Positions 30,027-39,776 are shown, counted from the first letter of the stretch. The stretch: 64,000 bases of DNA from Candidatus Bathyarchaeum tardum (GCA_024650005.2 CP122380.1:1760001-1824000), one strand, 5' to 3'. Translations and numbers: made by a program. The notes: generated by a model not told the origin, from the sequence alone.

Positions 30027-30506
30027 TTATATCATACGTTTCAGCAAATCGTTAATTGCTTCTCCGCGATATCCAGCTTCGCCGCCTGCAACATAGCTCT
30101 TTTTGGTTTTTCCTTTGTATCCTTTACTAGGGGGTCGAAGACGAAACACAGGTTTCACTTCAGGTAGGCTACTAAAATCTACTTCCACGTTTACTATTGC
30201 TTCAGCTAAGGCATCCAAAGAATCATAGCCTAATTCTTTAGCGAATTCATCAGTTAGTTTTTTGTCACCCGGAAGTCGACCGCGTTTCTTAAGAAGCATG
30301 GCTACTGTTTCTTTAGAAGCGTCACCCCAAGTTATACAGTTTTTACTTTTCTGTAACATGCCCTTGTATGCTGGACGATCATCAAGCAATGTAGCGTGAC
30401 AGTTACGAGTTAAACGCAACATCATCAAGGTATCTTTGGTTTCTTGAGGAATATCACTTAAACCGCGAATTCGAACAGCAACCAAACATTTCCTTTGTTC
30501 TGCCAT
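30027..30506 (-). CDS. rpl30: 50S ribosomal protein uL30
   Basis: AVRIRG..TLMMLRL..VFRLRPP..GYRGEAINDLLKRM. Confidence 0.97.
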   Translation of the reverse strand: MAEQRKCLVAVRIRGLSDIPQETKDTLMMLRLTRNCHATLLDDRPAYKGMLQKSKNCITWGDASKETVAMLLKKRGRLPGDKKLTDEFAKELGYDSLDALAEAIVNVEVDFSSLPEVKPVFRLRPPSKGYKGKTKKSYVAGGEAGYRGEAINDLLKRMI

Positions 30507-30507
30507 T

Positions 30508-31143
30508 TTAACGCACCCAATCCCCTGGAGTAACCAACAAGTAGGTTTTCTTCAAAGCATCGAAAACTGCAAAAGAGAAAGATGGAATTGTCCGGGTTGA
30601 ACCATAGCTTTTGGTCCAACAGTCTTTTACTCCAGCTAAACCTAGAATGATTTTTGCGGTTTCACTTGCGACAATACCCAGACCACGGGGTCCAGGAATC
30701 AATACAATTTCAACTCCTCCACATTCACCTTGAACTTGGAAGGGCATTGAATGGTGTTTTCCACATCCACATTCCCATGATCCGCAGCCGCGACGAATAG
30801 GAGTGATTTTAAGGCGTGCATTAACTGCAGCTTTTTCTATTGCGCCACGTACTTGGCTTGCTTTTCCTGATGCTACGCCGATGTAACCGTCACGGTTTCC
30901 TACAACTACGATAGCTCTGAATTGTGATTTCTCTCCAGCGTCAGTTTGTTTCTGTACTAGACCAATATCTAGGACTTCTTCCTGAAGATTTGGAAGCAAA
31001 GTGTTCACTATTTCGGGTTCACGTATCTTAAGCCCTTCCATGAACAACTCTTCCATCGAAGAGATTTGTCCTTCAAGAACCATTTTTCCCAGTTTAGTCC
31101 GGGGAACCCAAGTTTCAAACTTTTCGTCTCTATTGGACCTCAT
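30508..31143 (-). CDS. rps5: 30S ribosomal protein uS5
   Basis: WVPRTKLG, QKQTDAGE, RRGCGSWECGC, PGPRGLG. Confidence 0.98.
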   Translation of the reverse strand: MRSNRDEKFETWVPRTKLGKMVLEGQISSMEELFMEGLKIREPEIVNTLLPNLQEEVLDIGLVQKQTDAGEKSQFRAIVVVGNRDGYIGVASGKASQVRGAIEKAAVNARLKITPIRRGCGSWECGCGKHHSMPFQVQGECGGVEIVLIPGPRGLGIVASETAKIILGLAGVKDCWTKSYGSTRTIPSFSFAVFDALKKTYLLVTPGDWVR

Positions 31144-31153
31144 GTTTATCCCT

Positions 31154-31759
31154 CTATTGTTTCACCTTTTCTTCAAACGAAGATGTAATTTTTTCTTTGA
31201 CTGCCGAAAAGTGTTCAGGCAGCTCTTCTGGTTTAATTTTTTGTGCCAGATATTTTGAGAACTTTTGTTTGTAGACTTCAGGTTCTTCAGACAACTGGCT
31301 TGCATATTCTGCAATGTGTTCACCGCTAATACGAGATTCTTCAGGAAGAATTTCTTCACTGTGAGGAACATCAACACCTGCATCTACTAATCCCTTTAGG
31401 GCAGCAAATATTCTTGTGCCTTTAACGGGAATGTGAAGACCAATATCTAAGAAAGCGGTTTCCACTCCGTTAGCTAAGGCTTTGTAACCACACAGCAAAC
31501 CAGTAAGATAGGCGGATGGAATGTTTCCACCATTACATTTCCAGCCATAAGTTTTCACTAACTCATGAGAGTGAGCTGAAACTACTACTTTGTCTCCGAT
31601 TGATTCCGCCTCAATTACCTGAGCAATCACATTTTTCAAGCTGAGACGAACAACAACACGGGGCACACGTGAAAGAACAAGCGCTCTACGTGTTCGATAA
31701 TTTGTTTTTCCTTCCCGTCTTCTACGGAAGGCTACTCTGTACCTAGGACCAGTTGCCAT
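31154..31759 (-). CDS. rpl18: 50S ribosomal protein uL18
   Basis: [30 protein letters not shown]. Confidence 0.98.
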   Translation of the reverse strand: MATGPRYRVAFRRRREGKTNYRTRRALVLSRVPRVVVRLSLKNVIAQVIEAESIGDKVVVSAHSHELVKTYGWKCNGGNIPSAYLTGLLCGYKALANGVETAFLDIGLHIPVKGTRIFAALKGLVDAGVDVPHSEEILPEESRISGEHIAEYASQLSEEPEVYKQKFSKYLAQKIKPEELPEHFSAVKEKITSSFEEKVKQ

Positions 31760-32212
31760 TTAACGTCTCCTCCACATATCTTTTGCTTTAATGTAGCGCT
31801 CTAAATCTGCTTTAGATTCAAAGACACCACTTTCGGACATGTCATACAATTTTCGGTAAGTACTCTCGGTAATTGCGCGAGTTTCTTTCAATTCACGCAG
31901 TCGGCGTCGTATAGGCCGAATTCTGTTAATCCAAGCCTGTTTCTTAGAAATCTTTGAACGAGCAGGACCACTTTTTCCTCCTGGACCTCGCCTCAAACCT
32001 TTCTTTCGTTTTTCAGCGATAAGCCTAGCATGAGAACGACAAACCCCTTTTGAGGGAAGACGTTTGACTACTTTTTCGTGAATTAACTTACGGATTTCTT
32101 CACGAGTGATAGCAGCTTCAACGTAATCAATTCGTTCAGGATCAATCCAAACTCGGGTTTCACCGACTTTCAATATATCGGCAGCTAACCGACGTTGACT
32201 TTTAAGACTCAT
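31760..32212 (-). CDS. rpl19e: 50S ribosomal protein eL19
   Basis: QRRLAADILKVG..RVWIDP..AITREEIR..RRGPG. Confidence 0.98.
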   Translation of the reverse strand: MSLKSQRRLAADILKVGETRVWIDPERIDYVEAAITREEIRKLIHEKVVKRLPSKGVCRSHARLIAEKRKKGLRRGPGGKSGPARSKISKKQAWINRIRPIRRRLRELKETRAITESTYRKLYDMSESGVFESKADLERYIKAKDMWRRR

Positions 32213-32654
32213 TTACTTCTTCTCCATTTTCTTTTGATTCAATATCTTCCCGAGTTTTGCGTGAGTTCAAAACGTGAATTCCTTTCACTTCAGCAGCGGC
32301 AATTATATCAAGTCTTTTTTTGGCACCTACTGTGTGAGCTACACGGACAGCTTGAATTTCTGGGTCGATTCCACCTAAGTCTTCAACATTGAAAACGCGT
32401 GTTTCTACATACCCAGAAGGGTGTAATCCTCTGGTAGCTTTTGGACTTTGATAACCAACAGTTGGTGATGCAGGCCAACCTTTAACTTTTTTGCGCATTT
32501 TGCTGTCGATACCATGAGGTCGTCTCCATCTATCGGTAACTCTTTTGTATCTCCAGCTCTCTTGCCTTCTAAATTTGGGCTTTTTGTTTTTTACATAAGC
32601 GTTCTTAGAAGAAGATTGCTCGCCCATATTAACTTCTTTTTCTTCAGTTGTCAA
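32202..32654 (-). CDS. rpl32e: 50S ribosomal protein eL32
   Basis: KPKFRRQESWRY..WRRPHGIDSKMR..RGLHPSG. Alternative ATG at 32627. Confidence 0.97.
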   Translation of the reverse strand: MTTEEKEVNMGEQSSSKNAYVKNKKPKFRRQESWRYKRVTDRWRRPHGIDSKMRKKVKGWPASPTVGYQSPKATRGLHPSGYVETRVFNVEDLGGIDPEIQAVRVAHTVGAKKRLDIIAAAEVKGIHVLNSRKTREDIESKENGEEVNES

Positions 32655-33199
32655 TCTACGAATCCCTCATGTTCTTCAAAAACATAAATACCGTCCAAGA
32701 AAACTCGTGGGTCTTTGGACTTTATTTTTGTACCATTCTGGATATTTGCGGCAGTTTGGCTAACATCCTCTTTGTTTATTCCTTGAATGATAATATCGTC
32801 ACCATTTATTTTGACGTTGCAATTTCCCATTATTTTGGCTTTTCGTGGATTACGCTCACCAGTAAAATTTGCAATGGTCAAATAGTTGCCTACAACCTTG
32901 ACAGTTATAGGAAAGTGAGAATAAACAATTTTCAATTTATGCGTATACCCAGTTGTTACTCCCGTTATCATGTTCTTTATATGAGAACTCACAGTTCCCA
33001 CTAGGGCTGCTTCTCTTTTGCGGGGCCAGCTTGCTTGAATGGTAAAAGTTTTACCATCTAACCGGATGTTAACGGATGCATGTGAAAAGTCTCTTACGAG
33101 TTCACCTTTTTCACCTTTAATTGTGACTGTTCTTCCATCGAGCATGCCCACTACATTTTCGGGGACTTCAACTGTTGATACGGTTTCTATTGCACGCAT
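32651..33199 (-). CDS. rpl6: 50S ribosomal protein uL6
   Basis: HIKNMITGVT..YSHFP..NFTGE..KDPRVFLDGIYV. Confidence 0.98.
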   Translation of the reverse strand: MRAIETVSTVEVPENVVGMLDGRTVTIKGEKGELVRDFSHASVNIRLDGKTFTIQASWPRKREAALVGTVSSHIKNMITGVTTGYTHKLKIVYSHFPITVKVVGNYLTIANFTGERNPRKAKIMGNCNVKINGDDIIIQGINKEDVSQTAANIQNGTKIKSKDPRVFLDGIYVFEEHEGFVD

Positions 33200-33211
33200 T
33201 TTCTTCTTCTC

Positions 33212-33604
33212 CTAATAAACAAAGGCCAAAAGACGACCGCCAATCTTTTTCTCTCTTACCTCTTTATGGGATAGAACGCCTTGAGAGGTGGAAAAGACCA
33301 GCACACCTATGTCTCTGGAGGGGAGGAATTGTTTTTCCCAGTTCTCGATTTCTTTAGAGTTAACAGGAATTCTGGGCTTTATAGCACCACATTTGTTAAC
33401 TCGACCAAGAAGTTGCACTCGGAACTTTCCGGAGCGGCCATCATCAATGAATTCGAATTCTCCGATGTAACCGTTAAGCTGCATTACTCTCAAAACACGC
33501 CCTAGTAACTTGGAGGCCTGATTGATTATGCATTCTCGTTTTCGGCGCATTTCGTTATTTATGATTGTAGTCAAACCATTTGCGAGCGTGTCCATCATAG
33601 GCAA
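33212..33604 (-). CDS. rps8: 30S ribosomal protein uS8
   Basis: [38 protein letters not shown]. Confidence 0.98.
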   Translation of the reverse strand: MPMMDTLANGLTTIINNEMRRKRECIINQASKLLGRVLRVMQLNGYIGEFEFIDDGRSGKFRVQLLGRVNKCGAIKPRIPVNSKEIENWEKQFLPSRDIGVLVFSTSQGVLSHKEVREKKIGGRLLAFVY

Positions 33605-33621
33605 ATCTGATACATCTCCAT

Positions 33622-33786
33622 TTACTCATATTTCCTGAAACCCAGGTCGCTTGCAATTTCACGGAAACATTGGCGACAAAGGTCTAATCCATAGCTGCGT
33701 ACAAGGGAACCGTAGGATCCACATCGCCTACAGGGACGACTGCCCTTACCGAATTTTCGTTCAACTTTAGTTTGCTGTTTCACCAT
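33622..33786 (-). CDS. rps14: 30S ribosomal protein uS14 (Zn-binding; absent from ORF track)
   Basis: Manual translation [54 protein letters not shown], with two CxxC motifs and a GGTGA SD; canonical position between rpl5 and rps8. Confidence 0.97.
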   Translation of the reverse strand: MVKQQTKVERKFGKGSRPCRRCGSYGSLVRSYGLDLCRQCFREIASDLGFRKYE

Positions 33787-33796
33787 GATTCACCAT

Positions 33797-34618
33797 TTAT
33801 TGTATTTCAACATCAAATTCGTCTTTAATAAACAATATCGCTTCTTCGGCAGTTAGCTGATGGTCTTTACCAACTTTAGCTTGCCGACGGTGTCTGCGCT
33901 TAACGCGATAACCAGCTCTGCCAAGAGAAACTGAAACGTCCATACCGTGAATTCCCAGTTCAGGCAAATATTTGATCCCTGGAATGTTAATGTGCTCTTT
34001 GATTCCGAAAGAGAAGTTTCCTTGATTATCAAAAGCGTATTTTGAAAGTTTCTTTTCAACAGCATATAAAGCTTTGACTAAGAACATTTTTGCAGATTCT
34101 TCCCTAAGAGTAACTACACAGGCAATTGGTTCGCCTTTCCTGATACCAAACTCACGTATAGTCTTTCTTGCGTTTCGTTTGGAAGGCTTTTGGTTTGTTA
34201 ATTGTTTAATAATTGTTACTGCTTGTTCCAAAGGGGCACCAGATTTTCCTACAGACATGTTAACGGTTACTTTCTCAATCACAGGAATAAGCATAGGATT
34301 TCCAGCCCATTCTTTGCGCACAGGTTTAGCAACAACCTTAGGTGCAGGTTTTTCGTCAACTACAGACTCTGCTTCAACAGGAGCTTCAAGTTCAGAAACA
34401 GTTTCTTCCTTGACGGGTTTTTCCTCTTTAACTGCTTTCTCCTTTTTAGCAGATGCAGGTTCAGCTTTAGATTCCGGGGTTTTTTTAGTTACAGTTTTCT
34501 TCGCAACTTTAGCATTTGATTTAGCTGCTTTCTTTTCTTTGGCTTCGGTCTCAGTAGCAGGTGCTTTTGTTTCCTCTTCGGTTGCAACTGTTTCAGGTGT
34601 TTGTTTTTCGTCGGCCAT
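33797..34618 (-). CDS. rpl5: 50S ribosomal protein uL5 with about 100-aa N-terminal extension
   Basis: Core NPM..EKVTVNMSVG..FGIRKGEPI..GNFSFGIKEH begins near residue 107. Confidence 0.97.
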   Translation of the reverse strand: MADEKQTPETVATEEETKAPATETEAKEKKAAKSNAKVAKKTVTKKTPESKAEPASAKKEKAVKEEKPVKEETVSELEAPVEAESVVDEKPAPKVVAKPVRKEWAGNPMLIPVIEKVTVNMSVGKSGAPLEQAVTIIKQLTNQKPSKRNARKTIREFGIRKGEPIACVVTLREESAKMFLVKALYAVEKKLSKYAFDNQGNFSFGIKEHINIPGIKYLPELGIHGMDVSVSLGRAGYRVKRRHRRQAKVGKDHQLTAEEAILFIKDEFDVEIQ

Positions 34619-34619
34619 G

Positions 34620-35378
34620 TTACTTTGCCTCCGGTAAAGCTATTGAAGATTGATTGTCTCCTAGAACGAATACGAAATCAAGGATTGTTTGCAACTGGTT
34701 ACCGTGTACATCTTTGATAGTTACAAGTAGGTCTCTACGTTTTTTGTCTGCTTGGTCTTCAATTGAGTCAATCTTGCCGACTTTGCCCATGTTCTTTCCA
34801 CCGATTACTATTACGTAGGAACCAACAGCCAGTTTATTGTAACCAATAAGCTCTCGTCCAGGAATGCTGAGCTTGAGAACGTCAAGAGTTTGATATACAA
34901 CTTTTTCAGGAGTCACAGATTCAGTCTCATTAACTAGATAACTTGAGCCATCATGAAGGTCAAGTTGCAACTTTCCATTTTTTACGAGGGTTTTGTCTTC
35001 AACTCGATAAACTTTGGATGAAGCATCCTCAGAATCAATGGCATGCAAAAAAAGACCCTTACCTGAAGGCAAGACTCTGTATGATTTGTTAATGCCAGGA
35101 ACAGAAATTACATCCATCAAACCAACAAGAAACTTGTCGTCTGTTCGTACTTTTCCGTCCACCAAGATTTTTCCTGAACAGATAATGTTTCTAGCTTCCT
35201 TAGCGGTTTTTGCAAATCCTAACATATCCCGCACAATTAGGGCTAGAGGTAAAGAACGTGCAGCAGGATGTGGTCCAGGGGTTGGTTTTACTGTCCACAC
35301 TGCTTCTTTTCTGTGAATAGGCCATAATTTTGGAGCTGGTTTTCGCTTAAGATGACCGCGTTCGCCTTTTCTTCCCAT
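34620..35378 (-). CDS. rps4e: 30S ribosomal protein eS4
   Basis: HLKRKPAP..PGPH..VDGKVRTD..GLMDVI..LHDG. Confidence 0.98.
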   Translation of the reverse strand: MGRKGERGHLKRKPAPKLWPIHRKEAVWTVKPTPGPHPAARSLPLALIVRDMLGFAKTAKEARNIICSGKILVDGKVRTDDKFLVGLMDVISVPGINKSYRVLPSGKGLFLHAIDSEDASSKVYRVEDKTLVKNGKLQLDLHDGSSYLVNETESVTPEKVVYQTLDVLKLSIPGRELIGYNKLAVGSYVIVIGGKNMGKVGKIDSIEDQADKKRRDLLVTIKDVHGNQLQTILDFVFVLGDNQSSIALPEAK

Positions 35379-35379
35379 A

Positions 35380-35838
35380 TTATTTTCCTCCAGTTTCCTC
35401 TTTTACTTTAGTTGATTTTTTCGTAGTTTTAGTTGCTTTTTTCTTAGGCTCTTCTTTGGATGACTCAGCTTTTTCAGTTGATGCTTTTCGCTCCAAGACT
35501 TTTTTGCGCCATTTATCATCTAGATTCAGGCGTGTAATCACTACTTTCGAAGGATGAATTGGAACAGGAATTGTTGTCCCATCTACTTTTTCTCGAGTTG
35601 CACCTTCTATAAAGATTCGATACTTTTTTCGATCAATCTGATTGATTTTTCCTTCAGAACCTTTACGGTCGCCTCTCATGACCATAACAGTGTCGCCGTT
35701 TCTAACAGGAAGTGAACTAATTCCGTGGGATTCTTTCAATTTTGCTGAAAGGGGAGCAGAAAATCGTTTATACCTGTCACTAACAGAAGCTTGATACATC
35801 CTTTTTCTTTGTTTAGTGGGTTTTGTTGTTTTCATCAA
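35380..35838 (-). CDS. rpl24: 50S ribosomal protein uL24
   Basis: KPTKQRK..PVRNGDTVMVMRGD..PIHPSKV..LDDKWR, plus a Lys-rich tail. Confidence 0.97.
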   Translation of the reverse strand: MMKTTKPTKQRKRMYQASVSDRYKRFSAPLSAKLKESHGISSLPVRNGDTVMVMRGDRKGSEGKINQIDRKKYRIFIEGATREKVDGTTIPVPIHPSKVVITRLNLDDKWRKKVLERKASTEKAESSKEEPKKKATKTTKKSTKVKEETGGK

Positions 35839-35847
35839 TTTACTCTC

Positions 35848-36297
35848 CTATAGGATGATACTTGCAGCGCTGGCAATTCTTGGCCATTTTTCTGCTGCCT
35901 CTTTTGCGATAGGTCCACGAATTTCTGAACCACGCATTTCTCCTTCAGGAGTCATTACTACTGCCGCGTTGTCTTCGAATTGCACCCAAGTTCCGTCTAC
36001 TCGTCGAAATGGCTTTCTTTGGCGCACAACTACGGCATGGAATATTTTTTTCCTCATATCAGGCGTACCTTTTCTAACAGATATAGTTATCAGGTCACCT
36101 ACAGAAGCTGATGGAACACGTCTAATCCTTCCCTTGTAGCCAACTACTTGGATTAATCGTACTTCTCGAGCACCAGAGTTGTCAGCACATTTCAGAAGAG
36201 CGCCGTTGTTTAGCCCTCGGGAAATTTTTGGTTTCTGACCGACGACTCCTTTGGCCATGAAAGCGCGTGACTTAGCGCGTGCTGCCACCAGAACCAT
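35848..36297 (-). CDS. rpl14: 50S ribosomal protein uL14
   Basis: CADNSGA, VVRQRKPFRR, FEDNAAV, GPIAKEAAE. Start may be GTG 36288. Confidence 0.98.
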   Translation of the reverse strand: MVLVAARAKSRAFMAKGVVGQKPKISRGLNNGALLKCADNSGAREVRLIQVVGYKGRIRRVPSASVGDLITISVRKGTPDMRKKIFHAVVVRQRKPFRRVDGTWVQFEDNAAVVMTPEGEMRGSEIRGPIAKEAAEKWPRIASAASIIL

Positions 36298-36610
36298 CCT
36301 CCAGTTTTTCTATTACAACGAAGCCAACTGTCTTGCTTATTGGGCGACATTCAGCTAATCGTACCTTGTCTCCTGCTTTTACTTCAAGGCATGGAGGATT
36401 ATGTGCGGGTACGTTGCTTCGTCTTTTTTCATATCTTCTGTATTTTGGAACGTAATTAAGGTAGTCACGACGAACAATAACGGTTTTTTCCATTTTGTTA
36501 CTAACAACTGTTCCTTCTAGCGCGTGCCCTCTCAAGGCTAGTGTCCCATGAAAGGGGCAGTTAATATCGTCACATGTTTTCTTTGGTTTTTTTGCAGTTA
36601 AAGCTGACAT
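36272..36610 (-). CDS. rps17: 30S ribosomal protein uS17
   Basis: CDDINCPFHG..KYRRYEKR..AHNPPC..ECRPISKT. Confidence 0.98.
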   Translation of the reverse strand: MSALTAKKPKKTCDDINCPFHGTLALRGHALEGTVVSNKMEKTVIVRRDYLNYVPKYRRYEKRRSNVPAHNPPCLEVKAGDKVRLAECRPISKTVGFVVIEKLEDGSGGSTR

Positions 36611-36892
36611 TTACCAAACTCTCCTAATTCTTTTTTTGAGTCGGTCTTCAGATCGGCCCACCATAAGATTCCCGTCGATTTGAACACCTGTCCCATTTGA
36701 CAGAATGAAATCAAAAACGGCAGTGTCTTTGATGACAACCTTTCTTTCTCTATTACATGATAATGTAAATGTGTTACGGGTCTCATCTATAACTAAACCT
36801 TTCAGTCCAACAACAGATGGGTTTAAACATTTAGCCACACAAGCTTCAAGACCAATAAACTCGTCTTGAACTACACTGGGAGTGACTTTCAT
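36611..36892 (-). CDS. rnp1: Ribonuclease P protein component 1 (Rpp29/Pop4)
   Basis: EFIGL..GLVIDETRNTF..IDGNLMVGRSEDRLKK. Confidence 0.93.
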   Translation of the reverse strand: MKVTPSVVQDEFIGLEACVAKCLNPSVVGLKGLVIDETRNTFTLSCNRERKVVIKDTAVFDFILSNGTGVQIDGNLMVGRSEDRLKKRIRRVW

Positions 36893-37104
36893 TACTGTTC
36901 ATTCCTCCCTTGTTCTTCAGTTTCAATGGTTAACAGACGAGCAATTGTTTTACGAAGTGCACGAATTTGCGATGGATTATCAATAGCGCCTCCTGCGGCA
37001 ACCATTGTTTTTAACCTTGCAAGCTCAGTTCGAAGCTCGTTAACTTTTTCGAGGCGTTTTTCAGAAGACAATTCACGCATTTCTTTAACTCGTAAAATTG
37101 GCAT
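36892..37104 (-). CDS. rpl29: 50S ribosomal protein uL29
   Basis: ILRVKEMREL..ELRTEL..NPSQIRALRKTIARLLT. Confidence 0.97.
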   Translation of the reverse strand: MPILRVKEMRELSSEKRLEKVNELRTELARLKTMVAAGGAIDNPSQIRALRKTIARLLTIETEEQGRNEQ

Positions 37105-37106
37105 GA

Positions 37107-38078
37107 TTATTCGCCAGCCTCATTTTTTTCTTCAACTGGAACAGATTCTGTTTCAGTTACTTTCTCTTCAGATTTTTCCTCTTTCACAGGAACTTCAACC
37201 TCAGCTTCAGGAGATTCTTCAGTTACAGGTTCTTTTGAAGGCTCAGCTTCAGGCTCAACTGCTTTAGGCTCTTCTACAACTTCAGGTTCAGCAACTTCTG
37301 CTTTTGCAGGTTTTTCGTCTTTTGTAACGGGTTCAGCTGTTTCTTTTTCTTCAGCTGAAACGTCAACAGGTTCAGATTCCGGAGCTTTCACAGGTTCTTC
37401 TGCAGGCGTGGATTCTTGTTCAACTGGGGTTTCAACAACTTTTTCTTCGATTATAGCTTCAGGTTTAGGTTCGGGCTTATCTTCAATAGTGTATACTTCA
37501 AGTTTGTCAGGGAATACTGCATCAGGTGGAAGAAGGCTCACTTTTACGCCTAATGTTCCGGGTTTAAGATGAACGTGCAATTCTGCAGTTCGCATGTATT
37601 GTCGAGGTGGATCTCCACTCTTGGGGAGGTACCCTTCGATGAATTTTTCGTAGCGGGCACGGTCGGTACGAAGCTTGCCGCTGATGATGATTTCGATGCC
37701 CAGTGCACCGGCTTCCATTGCATTGGTTATGGCCCAGAAAGCTGAACGCCGGTAGTGGATACCACGTTTCAAAGCTGAAGCAATTCTGGATGCAACTACG
37801 TGTGCGTTTAGTTCGGGAACTTCGATTTCAGCGACAGAAATTTGTGGGCTTGGAAGTTGGAATTGTTGTTCTAGAATTTGGGCAAGGGCACGAATGGTTT
37901 CGCCACCGCGTCCAATTACTAATCCAGGGCGCATGGTATATATGACTATGTGAGTTCCTAGAGGTGTTTTTGTTAGGCTTACTCCACCGTATCCTGCGCG
38001 TTCGAATTCATTTTGTAAGAATTCTTCAATTTCTTTTCTTTTTATCGAATCTTCGATGAAATGTTTAACTACAGACAT
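37107..38078 (-). CDS. rps3: 30S ribosomal protein uS3 with about 125-aa acidic C-terminal tail
   Basis: RAGYGG..RPGLVIGRGG..GALGIEIIISGKL..GTLGVKV core ends near residue 197. Confidence 0.98.
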   Translation of the reverse strand: MSVVKHFIEDSIKRKEIEEFLQNEFERAGYGGVSLTKTPLGTHIVIYTMRPGLVIGRGGETIRALAQILEQQFQLPSPQISVAEIEVPELNAHVVASRIASALKRGIHYRRSAFWAITNAMEAGALGIEIIISGKLRTDRARYEKFIEGYLPKSGDPPRQYMRTAELHVHLKPGTLGVKVSLLPPDAVFPDKLEVYTIEDKPEPKPEAIIEEKVVETPVEQESTPAEEPVKAPESEPVDVSAEEKETAEPVTKDEKPAKAEVAEPEVVEEPKAVEPEAEPSKEPVTEESPEAEVEVPVKEEKSEEKVTETESVPVEEKNEAGE

Positions 38079-38548
38079 TAAATTCCTTCCATTTCTTCCA
38101 AAACAAGTTCTACATGAGTGAGAGTGTTATATCTTGGTGATGAACGGCCAAAAGCTCGAGGAATAAACCGCTTAATTTTCATTCCAGGATAAGCTGAAGC
38201 GTGAACTATTCTTAGTTGTTCAATGTCAAGTCCTTTATATTCAGCGTTTGCTTCAGCGCCTTCGAGAACTTTTAAAATTTCTGTGGCAGTTTTTACGGGA
38301 AATCTTCCAGAAAACGCTTTTTCTAATCCATGGCGGTGAGGTACGTGTTTATTGAATCTTCCGAATGGAACAGCTTTTTTCTTTAAGATAACTTGTTGAA
38401 GGTAATCTTTAGCTTGTTCTAGTTTCATTCCGTTTATGGTTTTACATACTTCTCGGGCATGTTTATGGGACACCCTAAGTTCGCGTCCGCTAGCTTTGGC
38501 GGTCTTATCGGGTTCCATATCGGTTACTGAGTATCCCCATTTTGGCAT
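38078..38548 (-). CDS. rpl22: 50S ribosomal protein uL22
   Basis: RVSHKHAREVC..VPFGRF..GRFPVK..PRAFGRS. ATG 38548 follows a CTTAAATA TATA-like box. Confidence 0.97.
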   Translation of the reverse strand: MPKWGYSVTDMEPDKTAKASGRELRVSHKHAREVCKTINGMKLEQAKDYLQQVILKKKAVPFGRFNKHVPHRHGLEKAFSGRFPVKTATEILKVLEGAEANAEYKGLDIEQLRIVHASAYPGMKIKRFIPRAFGRSSPRYNTLTHVELVLEEMEGI

Positions 38549-38746
38549 ATCTATCGTCCATCTGAGTAACAAACAGCATATTTAAGCCTTTATGGCGGGG
38601 GAAAACATTTTGGGGGTAAAAAGCCAGTATAAAGGAGACTGAATCTACAGTTTAACATGTTAACTGGGGGAGAATTGCGATAAAAATTAAAACATTCCGG
38701 TAATTGTCTAAGTGTCAGGTAACTAAGAGTAAGGATGTAGAAAAGA

Positions 38747-39772
38747 TTGGGGAACAAAAATATTGTTCAAAATCAGGTTGTGGAAGAACTAAAAAAACCT
38801 GAAACATATCAAGAATCACCAAAAAAAATTGAGGTTAAACAGACTCACATATCTTACGTGTTTTTAACGGAAAAATTTGTTTACAAAGTTAAAAAGGCAG
38901 TAAATTTTGGGTTTTTGGATTTTTCGACTCTGGAAAAAAGACGACATTTTTGTGAAAAGGAACTAGTTCTTAACAAACGGTTATGCCGGGACATGTATCT
39001 AGAGGTAGTTTCAATTAACAGGTCATCTTCGGGACAAATCAGAATAAATGGCGAGGGAGAAACCGTTGAGTTTGCCGTCAAGATGAAGAAAATGCCTGAC
39101 GAAACAATAATGACCCGCCTTCTGGAAGAGAATAAAATTGACAAAAACATTATGGATAAAATGGCAAAAATTATTGCAGATTTTCATGAAAAAGTAGATG
39201 CATCCCGAACAAACGGTGAATTTGAAGCCATATCCATTATAGAAACTAACTGGAAAGAAAATTTTGAGCAAACACAAGAATTTATTTGTAGAAGCATTTC
39301 AGCAAAAACACACCAGTTTATTCAAGAAAAGATAGACCAATTTATGAAAAATAACCAATACTTGCTCAAAAAAAGAGTGATTGAAAACAAAATCAAAAAA
39401 TGTCATGGCGACATGCATTCCGGGAACATTTTTGTTGCAGACAAGATTTACATTTTTGATGCCATCGAATTCAATGAACGATTCAGTAACTGTGATGTTG
39501 CTTCGGAAATAGCCTTTTTGGCCATGGACTTGGATTTTAAAGGGCACAAGGATTTGTCTCGTTTTTTTGTTGAAAAATATGTAAAGCATTCTGGCGATCA
39601 AGAGTTACTGGAGTTACTGGATTTTTACAAATGTTATCGGGCTTATGTACGAGGAAAGGTCACCAGTTTTAAACTAAATGACCCAAGCGTTAGCGAGGAA
39701 GAAAAAACTGCAACGATAAAAGAGGCAACTGCATATTTTGAGTTAGCTTTAGAATATGCAAAAAAAATGTAA
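38747..39772 (+). CDS. Aminoglycoside-phosphotransferase-like kinase (COG2187-type, stand-alone)
   Basis: QTHISYVFLT..YKVKKAVNFGFLDFSTLEKR..ELVLNKRL, HGDMHSGNI, FDAIEFN, DVASEIAFLAMDL, YRAYVRGKV. Confidence 0.88.
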   Translation: MGNKNIVQNQVVEELKKPETYQESPKKIEVKQTHISYVFLTEKFVYKVKKAVNFGFLDFSTLEKRRHFCEKELVLNKRLCRDMYLEVVSINRSSSGQIRINGEGETVEFAVKMKKMPDETIMTRLLEENKIDKNIMDKMAKIIADFHEKVDASRTNGEFEAISIIETNWKENFEQTQEFICRSISAKTHQFIQEKIDQFMKNNQYLLKKRVIENKIKKCHGDMHSGNIFVADKIYIFDAIEFNERFSNCDVASEIAFLAMDLDFKGHKDLSRFFVEKYVKHSGDQELLELLDFYKCYRAYVRGKVTSFKLNDPSVSEEEKTATIKEATAYFELALEYAKKM

Positions 39773-39776
39773 AAAA

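Noticed and set aside
34074-34637. Long antisense ORFs (e.g. 34074..34637, 45693..46316, 46539..46979, 51120..51575)
   Set aside because: These are shadow frames opposite well-supported genes, with no motifs of their own.
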